Below, in pieces: positions 23,296 to 34,857 of a stretch of DNA of 64,000 bases. How positions within the stretch are numbered: the first letter of the stretch is position 1; every line of letters starts with the position of its first letter. The stretch is taken from assembly GCF_000143415.4 (NCBI RefSeq), contig NW_003314355.1, positions 267,410 to 331,409 on the forward strand, read 5' to 3'. The stretch is from Selaginella moellendorffii. Taxonomy: Eukaryota > Plantae > Lycopodiophyta. Below the pieces are notes generated by a model, which saw nothing but the letters and a program-made list of their open reading frames with translations, was not told the DNA's origin and did not search any database. Both the position numbers and the translations under genes were made by a program.

Positions 23296-24724
23296 TACCA
23301 GCTACTAGATGGTTCGATTAGTCTTTCGCCCCTATACCCAAGTCTGACGAACGATTTGCACGTCAGTATCGCTACGAGCCTCCACCAGAGTTTCCTCCAG
23401 CCTCGACCTGCTCAGGCATAGTTCACCATCTTTCGGGTCCCAGCAGGTATGCTAACACTCAAACCCTTCTCAAAAGATCAAGGTTGGTCCGTGGTGCACC
23501 CCCGAAGGGGATCCCACGAATTAGTTTCCTTTCGCCTGTACGGGTTTAGCACCCACAGACTCGCATACATGTTAGACTCCTTGGTCCGTGTTTCAAGACG
23601 GGTCGGATGGAACGCCCAAGTTCCAGCATCTGGCAGGTGTAAGCGACTAAATTTTCCATTCTACTTTAGTCACTTAACCACACCTTCGACCACTTGGAGG
23701 AGTCTCATTCACAACCTCCATAAGTCCAATTCAGGACTTGGGACTTGCTAGCCCCGAGAATGGCATCCATGCCACTCAACATTTGCACTTGGTCCAAGTG
23801 CTCCACGTGTCCGATCCCATGACCGACACTCAAAGGTACCACCGACATGGCAGCTTGTTATGCTAAGGCCATGCCCAATCACCTTTGCCACACTAGTAGT
23901 CCAATACCACTTGCATCACAGTCTTGGCTCTCCAAGACTAGGCAAACCATCCGTGAGTGGTCATCTCAAATCCACTCCTTAGCATCCTTAGGATGCCCAC
24001 CGACAAGGGGAATAGCCTTCCCCAATATCCCTCTGTCGGTCCCCACTAAGTCCCTTTCTGCCCTTGGCCGTGTTTGCCAACACTGCCACTGGATCGAGGC
24101 CCACAGGCCCGACCACTAAGTCTGACAGTCCTCTGGGACTTCTTCACCACACGACTGTGTCCTTGATCACTACCCTAGAGGACTGCTCCTCTTCCTTTCC
24201 ACAATCTGGGCCTTTGGGACAACATTTCGGAACACCGTGGCCTTACGCGAGCCACCTGGGTACTCTCCCCGCCTTCCACCCTTGGGTGCTCTAGCCATGG
24301 GCTTAGAGCGAGGTTCCGTTGAGCCACGCCTGGTATCCAAGTAGGTAGTGCCACCCACACTTGGACTGGGAGCATCGGCCAGTCGATCTCCCGGGGGAAC
24401 TAGAGCCGGCTCTTGAACACTTCACCAAGCTACCTAGCTTGTCGGTCCGTGTTCACTCTAGTCTTGGACTTCCCAGTGGTCAGCTCATCACCCAATACTG
24501 GGTCTGGCCTGCCTGGGCCAAACTACCCTTTCCTGGCCAAACTGGCTCCACTGGGCTCCAAGCCCCACACTCTCCCTACTATACTTTTGGAACCCCCCGC
24601 AGCCCCCCCCCCCCCCCCCCCCCCTGGGGGACGATCGCTTTGGGCTTTCACCCAACTGCCTGTATTAGTATTCGGACTCAGACTCGGACTCGGACTCGGT
24701 CTCGGTCCCGGATTCGGACGCGGA

Positions 24725-24761
<37 letters not shown>

Positions 24762-25681
24762 CCGGTCTCGGTTCCATCTCGGACTCCACCTCGGGTCTAT
24801 CTCGGACTCCACCTCGGGTCCATCTCGGACTCCATCTCGGACTCCATCTCGGGTCCATCTCGGACTCCATCTCGGACTCCATCTCGGACTCCATCTCGGA
24901 CTCCATCTCGGGTCCATCTCGGACTCCATCTCGGGTCCATCTCGGACTCCATCGCAGTCCATCTCAGACTCCATCTCGGACTCCATATCAGACTCCATCT
25001 CGGACTCCATATCGGACTCCATCTCGGACTCCATATCGGACTCCATTTCAGACTCCATATCGGACTCCATATCGGACTCCATTTCGGACTCCATTTCGGG
25101 TCCATCTCGGACTCCATCTCGGACTCCATATCGGACTTCACTTCGGGTCCATCTCGGACTCCATCTCAGACTCCATCTCAGACTCCATATCGGACTCCAC
25201 TTCGGGTCCATCTCGGGTCCGCCTCAGACTCCATCTCGGACACTTCCACGTGTCATGTTTTGGTCCTTTCGGGTCCCTTTTTAGAGCCTCGCTTATGGCT
25301 CGCTTCGTGCTCATTCCTCAAGCACCTTGTTGGGAGTTCCACTCCCGCTCTCGACCTTTCAAGGTGGAGCTTTTAGTCCAAACGTGTTACGCTCATTTGG
25401 CTTTCGCTTCGGCCACTACCACGTGGCGCCCTTCCGGCTCCACTTTGGGGCCTAGGGATTTTGTGTCTCACAGCAGGGCACTGGAACACCCCGCCATTTT
25501 CAGAGGCAGCAGCGGCATTGGCAGGGAGCCAGAGGCTCACAAGCCGTTATCCCGCCGCGTCCTCCCATGCTGGACAGCCCCTTGCATTGCTTGGCAGACC
25601 AGCTCTCGCCGTTCCACACACAACCAAGGGGCGCACAAGGCATCCATTCGCTTCCCTCCCAGCAATTTCAAGCACTTTTTA

Positions 25682-25717
<36 letters not shown>

Positions 25718-26070
25718 AGTACTTGTGCGCTATTGGTCTCTCACCAGTATTTAGCCTTGGATGGAATTTACCACCCACTTAAGGCTGCATTCCCAAACAG
25801 CCCGACTCGCCGAAAGAGCCTCGTGATGCAGCAGGGTCCGGGCTAGACGGGGCTCTCACCCTCTCTGGCGTCCCGTTCCAAGGGACTTAAACCCGGTCCG
25901 CTGCAGAGGACCCTTCTCCAGACTACAATTCGGGGTGCAGAGACACCCCGATTTCCAAGCTGGGCTCTTTCCGTTTCGCTCGCCGCTACTAGGGAAATCC
26001 TTGTTAGTTTCTTTTCCTCCGCTTAGTGATATGCTTAAACTCAGCGGGTTGTCTTGCCTGACCTGAGGTC
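23104..26070 (-). rRNA. 25S/26S rRNA gene fragment (5' ~1.1 kb), orphan pseudogene interrupted by a solo LTR
   Basis: Reverse complements of conserved LSU motifs: TCCTGAGGGAAACTTCG, TTGGTCCGTGTTTCAAGACG and TCCTCCGCTTAGTGATATGCTTAAACTCAGCGGGT. The 5' end GACCTCAGGTCAGGC is at 26070. Confidence 0.95.
23638..25472 (-). mobile_element. Solo LTR of the same family as 511-8409, inserted in the 25S fragment
   Basis: Same TGTAAGCGAC...GTGTCTCACA ends with TSD GCAGG at 23633-23637 and 25473-25477. More diverged than the paired LTRs, with a poly-C run and a remodelled array. Confidence 0.95.
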
Positions 26071-26285
26071 ATGCACATGAGCGATTCGCCACTAGGTGGG
26101 GTGCGTGCCATCGATGCCACACGGACAAGTCGGGGGCCACACCATCCACATGCAATCAAGCTGACCGGAACACAAGTCCACGGATGGCCACATTCGCCCC
26201 ACGCTCACACTCACAGAGTGCGCATGAGGCAGCAAATGGTTGCGGACGCTCAGGCAGGCATGCCCTCGGGCAATAGATGCCTCGG
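26071..26285 (-). rRNA. ITS2 and 3' end of 5.8S rRNA (truncated)
   Basis: The reverse complement of 26243-26285 contains CCGAGGGCATGCCTGCCTGAGCGTC, the 5.8S 3' motif, contiguous through ITS2 with the 25S 5' end. Confidence 0.88.
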
Positions 26286-26489
26286 TCAGCATCTTCTGCT
26301 GCTACACTCAAGGCAGTACACTCAAGGCATTGCTTTAAGACGCAAATGCAAATGAAGATGCTTTTGAATCACTTCAAGAGTGACTCGGACTTTGAGGAGT
26401 TTCCGGTTTCATAACTATACTTTGACAGAATCACGTCAAAACATGTATGTTCAAATTATATGCACAATTAAAAATCCAAACCATAACCA

Positions 26490-26732
26490 TGAGAACAATA
26501 GAAAGAAATTCCTGTCCAAAGTTCTTGGTGAATGAAGGCTTAAAGCAAAAGTGCGCTCAACCCAAGTTTGAGTGGATGCAACCATCAAACATTTTGATAT
26601 CAGGACCGTCCACATTCTAGAGGCGGTATTTGGATAACCAAATGCCTCTTTTCTTCAAAGTGGTGAGATATTAAAAGTTCCACATGACCCAGTGCAAGGG
26701 AAGTTCATGAGTTTATGAACTAGATGCTGAGG
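26490..26732 (+). pseudogene. Inverted, deletion-riddled fragment of MSH7 5' exons
   Basis: Matches the reverse complement of ~29975-30340 (CCAAGTTTGAGTGGATGCAACCATCAAACATT; AGGACCGTCCACATTC; TTCAAAGTGGTGAGAT; TTTATGAACTAGATGCTGAG). Confidence 0.85.
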
Positions 26733-26924
26733 AAGTATTTTGGCATCTGCCCCAGTCCTAGGACTGCCACTTTTTAGCCAATGTATCAATTTTCTCACCC
26801 ACAGTACTCATTATCTTAGTATCTCGTACCATAGCTACTTGAGGAACATAGCTTTATCTTGTCAGGAGATTCTAATCTTGCCTTTGTGCTCATAGCTGGA
26901 AACAACCAGGATAAGCATACATAC

Positions 26925-29900
26925 TTACAGAGCGGTTTGGAGCTCGCTCCACAGGCCTAGCAACGACTTGTAATCTTCTTGAGCACCAGCAATGGAACCA
27001 CTGTCCATGGCCGTGGAGCAAACCCGTCGCAGCCAGCAGTTTAGCATGCCACTGCTGCTAAAGCCTCGGAGCCGCGGAGCAATGAGCTCGCTAGCACCCC
27101 TTGCAGCGTCGACAACCGAGGCCGGGATCCCGGCGAGAAGAGCGACTTGGAGACCATAGCTTGCAGAACTGGCACCGGCTCTCAGCTTGTACAAGAACGC
27201 CAGTTGCCTGTCGCTAGAGCTGCTGTCAAACGAGCAGGCCATGTGTTGGAGGCTCACAGATGGATGCCCAGAGAATTCCTGTGTCAGCGGGTGGTAATGC
27301 GTCGCAAACACTAGCCTGCATCCCACTGCTTCCACCAGATGCCGGAAAACCTGCCGCGAAGTGAAGAACACGCTCTTATAAGCCGACAAGATGGAAGGAG
27401 AACTTCTTTCAACCTCACCGCATAAGCTATAGCGTAACCATCAAAAGTGGAGGTTCCCCGGCCAAGCTCGTCCAGTACCACCAACGAGTTGCTAGTTGCA
27501 TTGCAGAGGATGGACCCAGCTTCTGCGCATTCGACCATGAATGTGCCTGGGCGAGATTTGGCATAAGCATATTTGTCCTGAATAAAAGAAAGTATTATGT
27601 AGCTTACTCTCGCCAGACATGATTCTATCACGAGCTCCAATACGAGTGAATATGGTGTCGACGAGGGATAGCGTGCACGATTCACTTGGAACATAGCAGC
27701 CAAGCTGTGCAAAGGAAAAAAAAGAAAAGAAAGAATAAAGCAAAAAAGTAAGGGAACTTCTTACTTGTGCCATGAGAGTAGCCACACACGTTGCTCTGAG
27801 CAATGTAGATTTCCCGCCCATGTTTGGTCCTGTGAGAAGTATCGCTCGAGGCTTACCAAGGCCCAGTGCTATGTCGTTTGGCACGAAAGTCCCACCCATG
27901 CCTGCTGCTGCAAATGGATGCCATAGGCCTTGCATTTCCAAAACAGCAACGCCTTGATCAGCAGCAACGAACGTCGGACGGCATGTCGGCCCTTCTGCTG
28001 CTCGTTTAGCGGCTGCGAAAGATATTAGCACGTCGATGTAGCTCAATGCATCAACGATGGCTGTCCAATGGCGCTGATGCTTGTTAAACTCGAGTATCAT
28101 CCAGCTCAAAGTCTTTCTTTGCGTTTCCTCGTCCTCGTCCTGCGGCCAAACACGACGTGAGAGAAAGGGTCTAAATGAGAAAAGAGGACCTGGTCTGTGT
28201 TCAAAGACTGTTTCTCCATGTCGAGCTTTGGTTCCATGCTCCACAGACATTCGATGCTGCTCTTCACCTTTAATAGCTTACAAGCTCGACGTAGAAGACG
28301 TGCCTTCGCGGGCATCTGCCTAAGGCACTCGAGGACCTGGTAAGCACGCAGAAGTCCCGAAACAGCAAGGCACAATGTCTTCAACTGCAGCTCAGTCGAA
28401 CAGGGTCAGCAAAAAGAAAACAAACATATTTGGAACTTTACCCTCCGCTGAAATGCCTGTTTTGCAAGAGGTAGTAACACTTCAGCGAAAGAACTATCAG
28501 AAAATCCCCGTAAGCGGGCACTGAGTCGCTCCAGATCTGGCACCTTCCGGAGTAATGCTCGCAACTCAGCAGCACATTCGGGATTGCACAGAAGCTCCTC
28601 GACTGAATCTAGACGATGATTTATAGCTTTGGTGTCTTGAAGTGGATGGCAAATCCAACGTCGAAGAAGACGTTTTGCGAAAGCAGTTGCGCAGCTGTCA
28701 AGGTATCCCATGAGGCTTCCTGCACAAAATCACGCTTAATATTTTCTCACGCCTCTCACACCCCTAACGTACCAGCCTTGCCTCCGTTGGCTGTGTTTGC
28801 AAGCAACTCTAAGTTGGCTATTGTCTGACCGTCAAGCCTCATAAAGCCCCAATATAGTTCATACGCACAGAGAACACCATTATATATCTCCGCGTCCATC
28901 TGCTCAACATAAGCAAAAGTGAATTCTTGGAATGTGCAAGTCGTAAGAACCTTGATCCTGTGTAAATGAGATACGAGAGCTCCCAATGCGGTCATAGCAG
29001 CGTCTTTATGATCAACAGTGTCGAGAACTCCTGGAAAGCCAGGCTGTTGCCCAGAGCACTTGACGCACTCTTGGAAATATCCACGAGAGCTAATCAGCTC
29101 TAAAACAGTGGCTGGCTCAGGGAAGTCAGCACCTGGTTGCAAAGGTGTAAGAACCAGTGGTAAAGACCCTGCACAACACTATTATGTTAACATCATCCAT
29201 GATATAGTTTAGATTACAGACCAGGACGAATATAGCGTTGAAACACTTTTAAGGCACCTGGCGAGAGACCTCCTATTTCGTAAAGCACCTCTTGAGGTGC
29301 TATCTGCAGTTTACATCTGAGTGAACGAAAAAAAATATAGAAGTCCATGAAACCATACCTGCATGACGAGCGCATCCAAGGCAGAATACGCATCATTATC
29401 ACAGAATGAGCCGACATAGCAAAGACCACCGGCAGCGTCAGCGAAAGCAAACCCATAAATTACAGCGCTTGGCCCAGAGTTTTCCTGGTTAGCAAATAGG
29501 CGCTCAAGCACACTGAGAAGTTTAAAATACACCAGTACCTCTTTCACTGCTAGCAAGTGAATGGCTTCCGGTTTCATTATCCCGTCCGTGAGTGTTGAAG
29601 GCGTGACTACCTGAACAAGCTTTCTCTCTACCATCTGCACAGGCTTAGATTGTCAAAAAAAAAGTCCAAAAACTGATGAAAACTTACGGCATTTGGACCT
29701 CTTTTAGCCTTGGCTTGCTCTGAAGTTTCTACTTGTTCCATTCGTCCGATTTTGTAGCTAGTAAACGAAAAAGTTAAGCAATAACTTTTGTGGTAGCTTA
29801 CCCCCGAGCCACAAGCTTCTGAACAGCGTCTTCAATTCCACTCTCAGGCACTCCAACCTGTCAAAAGACGAGTCGCAAAATCTGAGAACGCGATGACCAA

Positions 29901-30704
29901 GTATGCATTTACCTGTCTACACTTTCCAACTCCACTGATTGTCATTTTCCAGTCGAGCTCTTTGTGCCCGATCTCAGCATCTAGTTCATAAAGCTCGTAA
30001 AACTTCCCCTGAAAAGAGTCATTTGTGTTAGCACGAGGTGATAAAAGAAACTCACGACGGTAATCTCACCACTTTGAAAAAAAGAACAATATCCATGTAG
30101 TGGCATTTGGTTGTCCAATACTGCCTCTGCGATGCGGACATTTTCTTGAGCACGTTCTCTGGAATGTGGACGGTCCTGACGTCGAACAAGGGATCACTGT
30201 GATTCCTTCCATTTCCATCGCGAATGTTTGATGGTTGCATCCACTCAAACTTGGCTTGAGCTTCTGCCCAAGCACCTTGCTTCGAGCCTTCGTCGTCACC
30301 AAGAGCTTCCAGCAATTTCTTGCGTTTGCTCTCATCAAAGGTTTCTCTCGAGAAATCGTCACGAACGCGCTTAGTACCGGGCACCAAAGGAACTTCCAAT
30401 CTTTTATCGGAAGTAGGCACTGGCTTCCTGTGAAGAATGAAAGAAAAACTATCAACGCATCGGTGATAAAACAGAGATAAAACAAACCTCATCTTGTGTG
30501 TAATGCTTTCGATGAGCTTCTGCCTTTGATCCACCTACATTGATCGTCAGAAACCCTAACTCCTCCCACAATCGAAAGATTCGTCGTTCTGACCTGTGAA
30601 TCGCCGAGCTCGATTGGATTGTCCAGCCTGGGCCGCCTGGGCCGCCCCTGCTTCCGGCTCGTATCCTTGTCATAGAACGCGAGCAGTGATCGCTGCCGTG
30701 ACAT
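26925..30704 (-). CDS. MSH7: DNA mismatch repair protein MSH7 (multi-exon)
   Basis: N-terminal PIP box 'QRSLLAFY'; '[27 protein letters not shown]'; '[14 protein letters not shown]'; '[12 protein letters not shown]'; 'FATHYH'. The short clamp region is typical of MSH7. Confidence 0.92.
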
Positions 30705-30729
30705 CCTAAAACCCCAGCTAAGCCTAAAT

Positions 30730-30738
30730 GGCGGGAAT
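30730..30738 (-). promoter_or_regulatory. E2F-type site upstream of MSH7
   Basis: ATTCCCGCC on the minus strand ~25 bp upstream of the ATG, matching the WTTSSCSS consensus. Confidence 0.55.
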
Positions 30739-30942
30739 GTGACTATATTTTAGGGCTGTCAACGCAGATTGCCCAGCCTGCAGGGCTATGTTTTTTTTTT
30801 TAAGAGGCAGGATTGTCAGGGGGCATTTTTCCACGTAGACCGCCAACAATTTGGTCAAGATACACTTATTTTAATAATCACATTATTATTTAATTTTAGA
30901 TCCGAGATTACACAAAAAGGATCTTAAACCAGGTCAACTTCG

Positions 30943-33900
30943 TCAGTATCTAAAAGAAAAATGTTGTCTAAGAGCTTGAATGCCTTCTGTGGACACACCC
31001 TTATCGGATAGGTAGCCGCCTCTTGATCTGCTAAAAGTGTTAAGAAAACCAATAGAGTATGGAAGGTGTGTACCTCTTAAGCCTGGGCCCGACGAGCTCA
31101 GCTCTTTGATGTTCTTCAAGGGCCACGATGCGTGCCATGTATGAGACATGGTCCACAAAGCTATCAGAACTCATTCCATGCCTCACCTTCTCTGGACTTG
31201 CAAGGAAAAGCTGTTCTTGGAGATACTTTTGCGTCTGTAGCCTGCAGAGAACAATCACGATTTGCTTGAGGAAACTTAAGTCTTAGCACTTACTTGTTGA
31301 AGTTTTCCTCGTGCCAAGGAAGAGACCGCCTGCCATCACAAGCAGCATCACTTTGACAAGCTAACTGCATTGCTTCGTCGCACTCCTGTAAGAGATGGTA
31401 AAGGTTGCATCGTGTCAGCTGTTGAGATATTTCACTACACGGGGATTCCTCCATCTGAAAGAAAGCAAACAAGAAAATCAAGCAAAGCTATGCAAGGTGC
31501 ACCAGAACTTACTCGAGACAACATATCGCACGAAGAAAAAGCCTCCGCAGCAGCTGCCAAGGCATCATTGACGCTGAGCATCGTCTGGACGGATTTAGAG
31601 TTGGAGCGCAAGAGTGAACTTTGTCCCTTCCTCATATCTAGCCACTGAGCTCGAACTGGATGCACTGGCTCGTTTGACGACGACGGGAACTCTTCAGTCA
31701 CGCTTTCTTCGGTCGCACAAGTGGTACAATATATCAATCCTTCTGCTTCTTCTGCCAGATCTTTAATAAAGCCGGTGTTATTCCGCGCTTCCTTCCATTC
31801 CAGTCTTTTCGTAGTCTTTCGTGGTCTTTTCCGCCTCCCAGCACCACAAGTCTTAATCATGGCAGCTGGTCCACAGTGTTTTCCTTCCGCTTCCACCACC
31901 ATGGTATCAAGTAATTCAGCCTCCACTTTCTTAGCCAGCCTTTTCGAGCTTTTTGACCTGCGAGCAGCCCGTAGAGACTCATCTTCTTCAGCTGCCTTTG
32001 CAGCATGCAAGGTGGCAATTTTTTCAGCTTTCTGAACTGCTTCTGATAATTTCCCGGCTACTAAGTATGACTGAGAGCAAGGGAAGCTCAGAGGAACCAA
32101 CTCCGGCAATAAGCAGTACTCGGCGTCTGAATCCTCCCACCAAGCAGCTCGTGGAAGCAATATTCTTCTTTCATGACTGTTTCGCTTCATGGTTGAGGAC
32201 TGGTCCGCTTCTAGCGCTGCGCTCGGCGGTAGAGCACCCTGTCCCCAAAACTGAAGCAGCATCATTAGCTTTCGCAAGTCCTGGTGACAAGATCCTACAA
32301 TGCGTTTCATGATCCAAGGCTCTCCAAATAGACCATTTGAAGCACACACCTGCACATAAATTATTCAACATCAATATTTTAGTAAAGTTACCTTACCAAG
32401 CATGCGTGGACTAGCAAATCGTCCATGGTGGGCTTTATGAAGTCAATGACAGTTTTTCTCATGCGTGGCAATAGTGGTTGACGCCCTGCAAAACATGCGG
32501 ATATGAGAGACATAGAAATATCGGTGAAATCGTACTGTTGCTAGTAAGAACCATGGGGCGTTTCGAGGACTTTGCTAATTGGCCAATTGCCGCCAAAAAT
32601 CCCTTATCCTCCTCAAATACCGTGTCAATTTCTTCAAACAAGATAATTGTCGGTTTTCTTCCATCTTGATCGGAGCTATAATAAATTCACGTTAGAACTG
32701 TAGACCAAACAAAAACAAATCGGAAAACCATATCACTGCTTCAGATTGAGTTGCTTCTCCAAATCTTTTCTTGATAGTTGCTCCAGCGCGACTGTCTGAA
32801 GAGTTTATCTACAAGAAGAAAAGAGGGTGAAGAGGAAGTTCGCACATATACCACATTACCTCAATAACATTAAACCCGTGCTCCCTGGCGCATGCATAGA
32901 CGGCTGCAGATTTACCACACTGAAAGAATGCTTCACCTTAAATCCCAGCAAACACAACATCAAACGTACCCCGACAGGACCAGTCACAAGCACGGTATTT
33001 TGTAGACCGTCCCGTAAATCTTCATCCTCAATCTCGTAGTCTCCATCGCTGTCTCTATCGCTGTCCAATGATGCCTGCTTTCTAGACAATATTTTCTGTT
33101 TCCATCTGGAGAGCCACTCGCTTAAGGAACTCACGGAGTCCCTGTTTCCACACAACTAAGAAGCAGGAACATCAGGCACGCAAAGATTTTAACTTGAACT
33201 AGACACCTGTTTAGAGGAGTGCGGCTGGTACAAACATGTCCACGAAGGGTTCGCCGTGGTAGTAACTCCATCAGTATTTCTAGCTAGATACCACGCATAT
33301 CTGCAAGTCATAGTTAAAAGTGACTAATAAAAAACACAATGCCGCATACTTCTCCTTCAAACTTGCCACTGACAAGTGTTTATGACCGGACTCCTAACAC
33401 AAAAAAGCGTTACAGTAGAAGCCTCTAAAAGATAAAAGCACTACCTTTAAAAAGTCATGAACTTTCTCCAAACTTTCATCCAGGGTAGCTGCATCAGATA
33501 AGAAGCGTTGCGATGGAGCAAGCTTCTGGTCTTTTGAAATTAAGTAACCATGGTCATGGTCATCACTCGAAGTAACCTGTGATGCCGATGTTACAAAACA
33601 AGAACGCTGGAAAGAGTTCCAGTTTATGTCCGCGTCGACATTCTGCAAGACAACATGAAAAGAGGTTCAGTGATAGCTCAGAAGACTCTTTCTTACCATG
33701 GTATCTTGAAGTACGTGAAATGGCAAACACGGGTCCCAGAATGAGCCCCGCTTTATCGGCGAGTCCTCACTTCTCTCTTGTTTTTTGTTGCGCTGAAAAA
33801 ACGGATGAAGAGGTTTTCCAGCGCTCAAGAGATTAAATTCCTGCAGATCTTAAGTAAATTGGAAGAACAAAGAGGCAACAAAGGTGATTTTACCTCCGTG

Positions 33901-34641
33901 GCCATTCGTGCTTCCTTGCGCAGATCGTAAGCACACAACAATGAATCCCGGTCCACAATTTCTTCCTTTCTAGTTTTTGCGCGGGACTTCTTTTTCTTGT
34001 GACGCTTTTTGGAAGCCCGCACTGGAGGAGAACTAATTGGTTCATCTGGTTCCTTAGAATCGACAGGTTCCTCGGTATTGACAGGTTCCTCGGCATCGAC
34101 AACATTGGACTTCCTTTTCCTCAACCTTGTGGACCAAAGAGGATAAAAACCTGCGAGCGCAAGAAATGTTGAGGTAGAACAAACTTGGTATGATAATCCA
34201 GTCCAGCCTACCATTTTCCATTGCATTCTCATTGCCCACGCTGTCGATCTGTGTGCTCTCCATCGAATCGCGAATCTTCACCTCCGCTTGGCTGGCATTC
34301 GGTGAAGAACCTTCGATTCCTGGGCTCGGATCGCTTTCACCTTGAGTTGGAGAAACCCTAGGACGCAGGGGAGACGTTGCCTTCTTTGCGCCATCCTCCA
34401 TCTGTGTGCTCTCCAGAGAATCGCGAGTCTTCACCTCCGCTTGGCTTGCATTTGGTGAAGAACCCCCATTGCTGTCGACTCCTGGGCTCGCTACAACTGC
34501 ATCACTTTCAACTCGAGCTGAAGAAACCCTAGGGCGCAGGAACGCGTCAAGGGTGCCAGGACGTGGAGACGTTGGATCGGCTTTTGCCTTCTTGGCCCTC
34601 CCACGCCGCTTGTGCCGATCGGAGCTCCCGCCATCCGCCAT
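30943..34641 (-). CDS. ELG1: ELG1/ATAD5-like RFC-type AAA+ ATPase (multi-exon)
   Basis: Motifs 'VLVTGPVG|CGKSAAVYACA', 'EINSSDSR', 'FGEATQS' and 'LFEEIDTVFEEDKGFLAAIGQLAKSSKRPMVLTSN'. Confidence 0.8.
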
Positions 34642-34681
34642 AGCTTCCTTTCTCCTCGTCGAGCTAGGGCACATTCCAAAA

Positions 34682-34693
34682 TTTGGCGCCAAA
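34682..34693. promoter_or_regulatory. Palindromic double E2F site in the ELG1/POLD2 bidirectional promoter
   Basis: TTTGGCGCCAAA reads TTTGGCGC on both strands, within the ~215-bp gap between divergent ATGs. Confidence 0.7.
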
Positions 34694-34857
34694 AATTTGG
34701 CCATCCGAGCAAGGTCGACACCGTCACCTTCTCAGGAATTTCCTTGGCAGCAAACGATCAATATCAATTAACCGAGCAATGATTTTGATCGTACTACCCT
34801 GTAAATGCTATGGTTTTTCAAACGGCTAGTTGATTTTAGGGTGGGTTCTTGTTGGCG

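Noticed and set aside
23191-23751. Plus-strand ORFs of 76-100 aa
   Set aside because: Antisense translations of 25S rRNA
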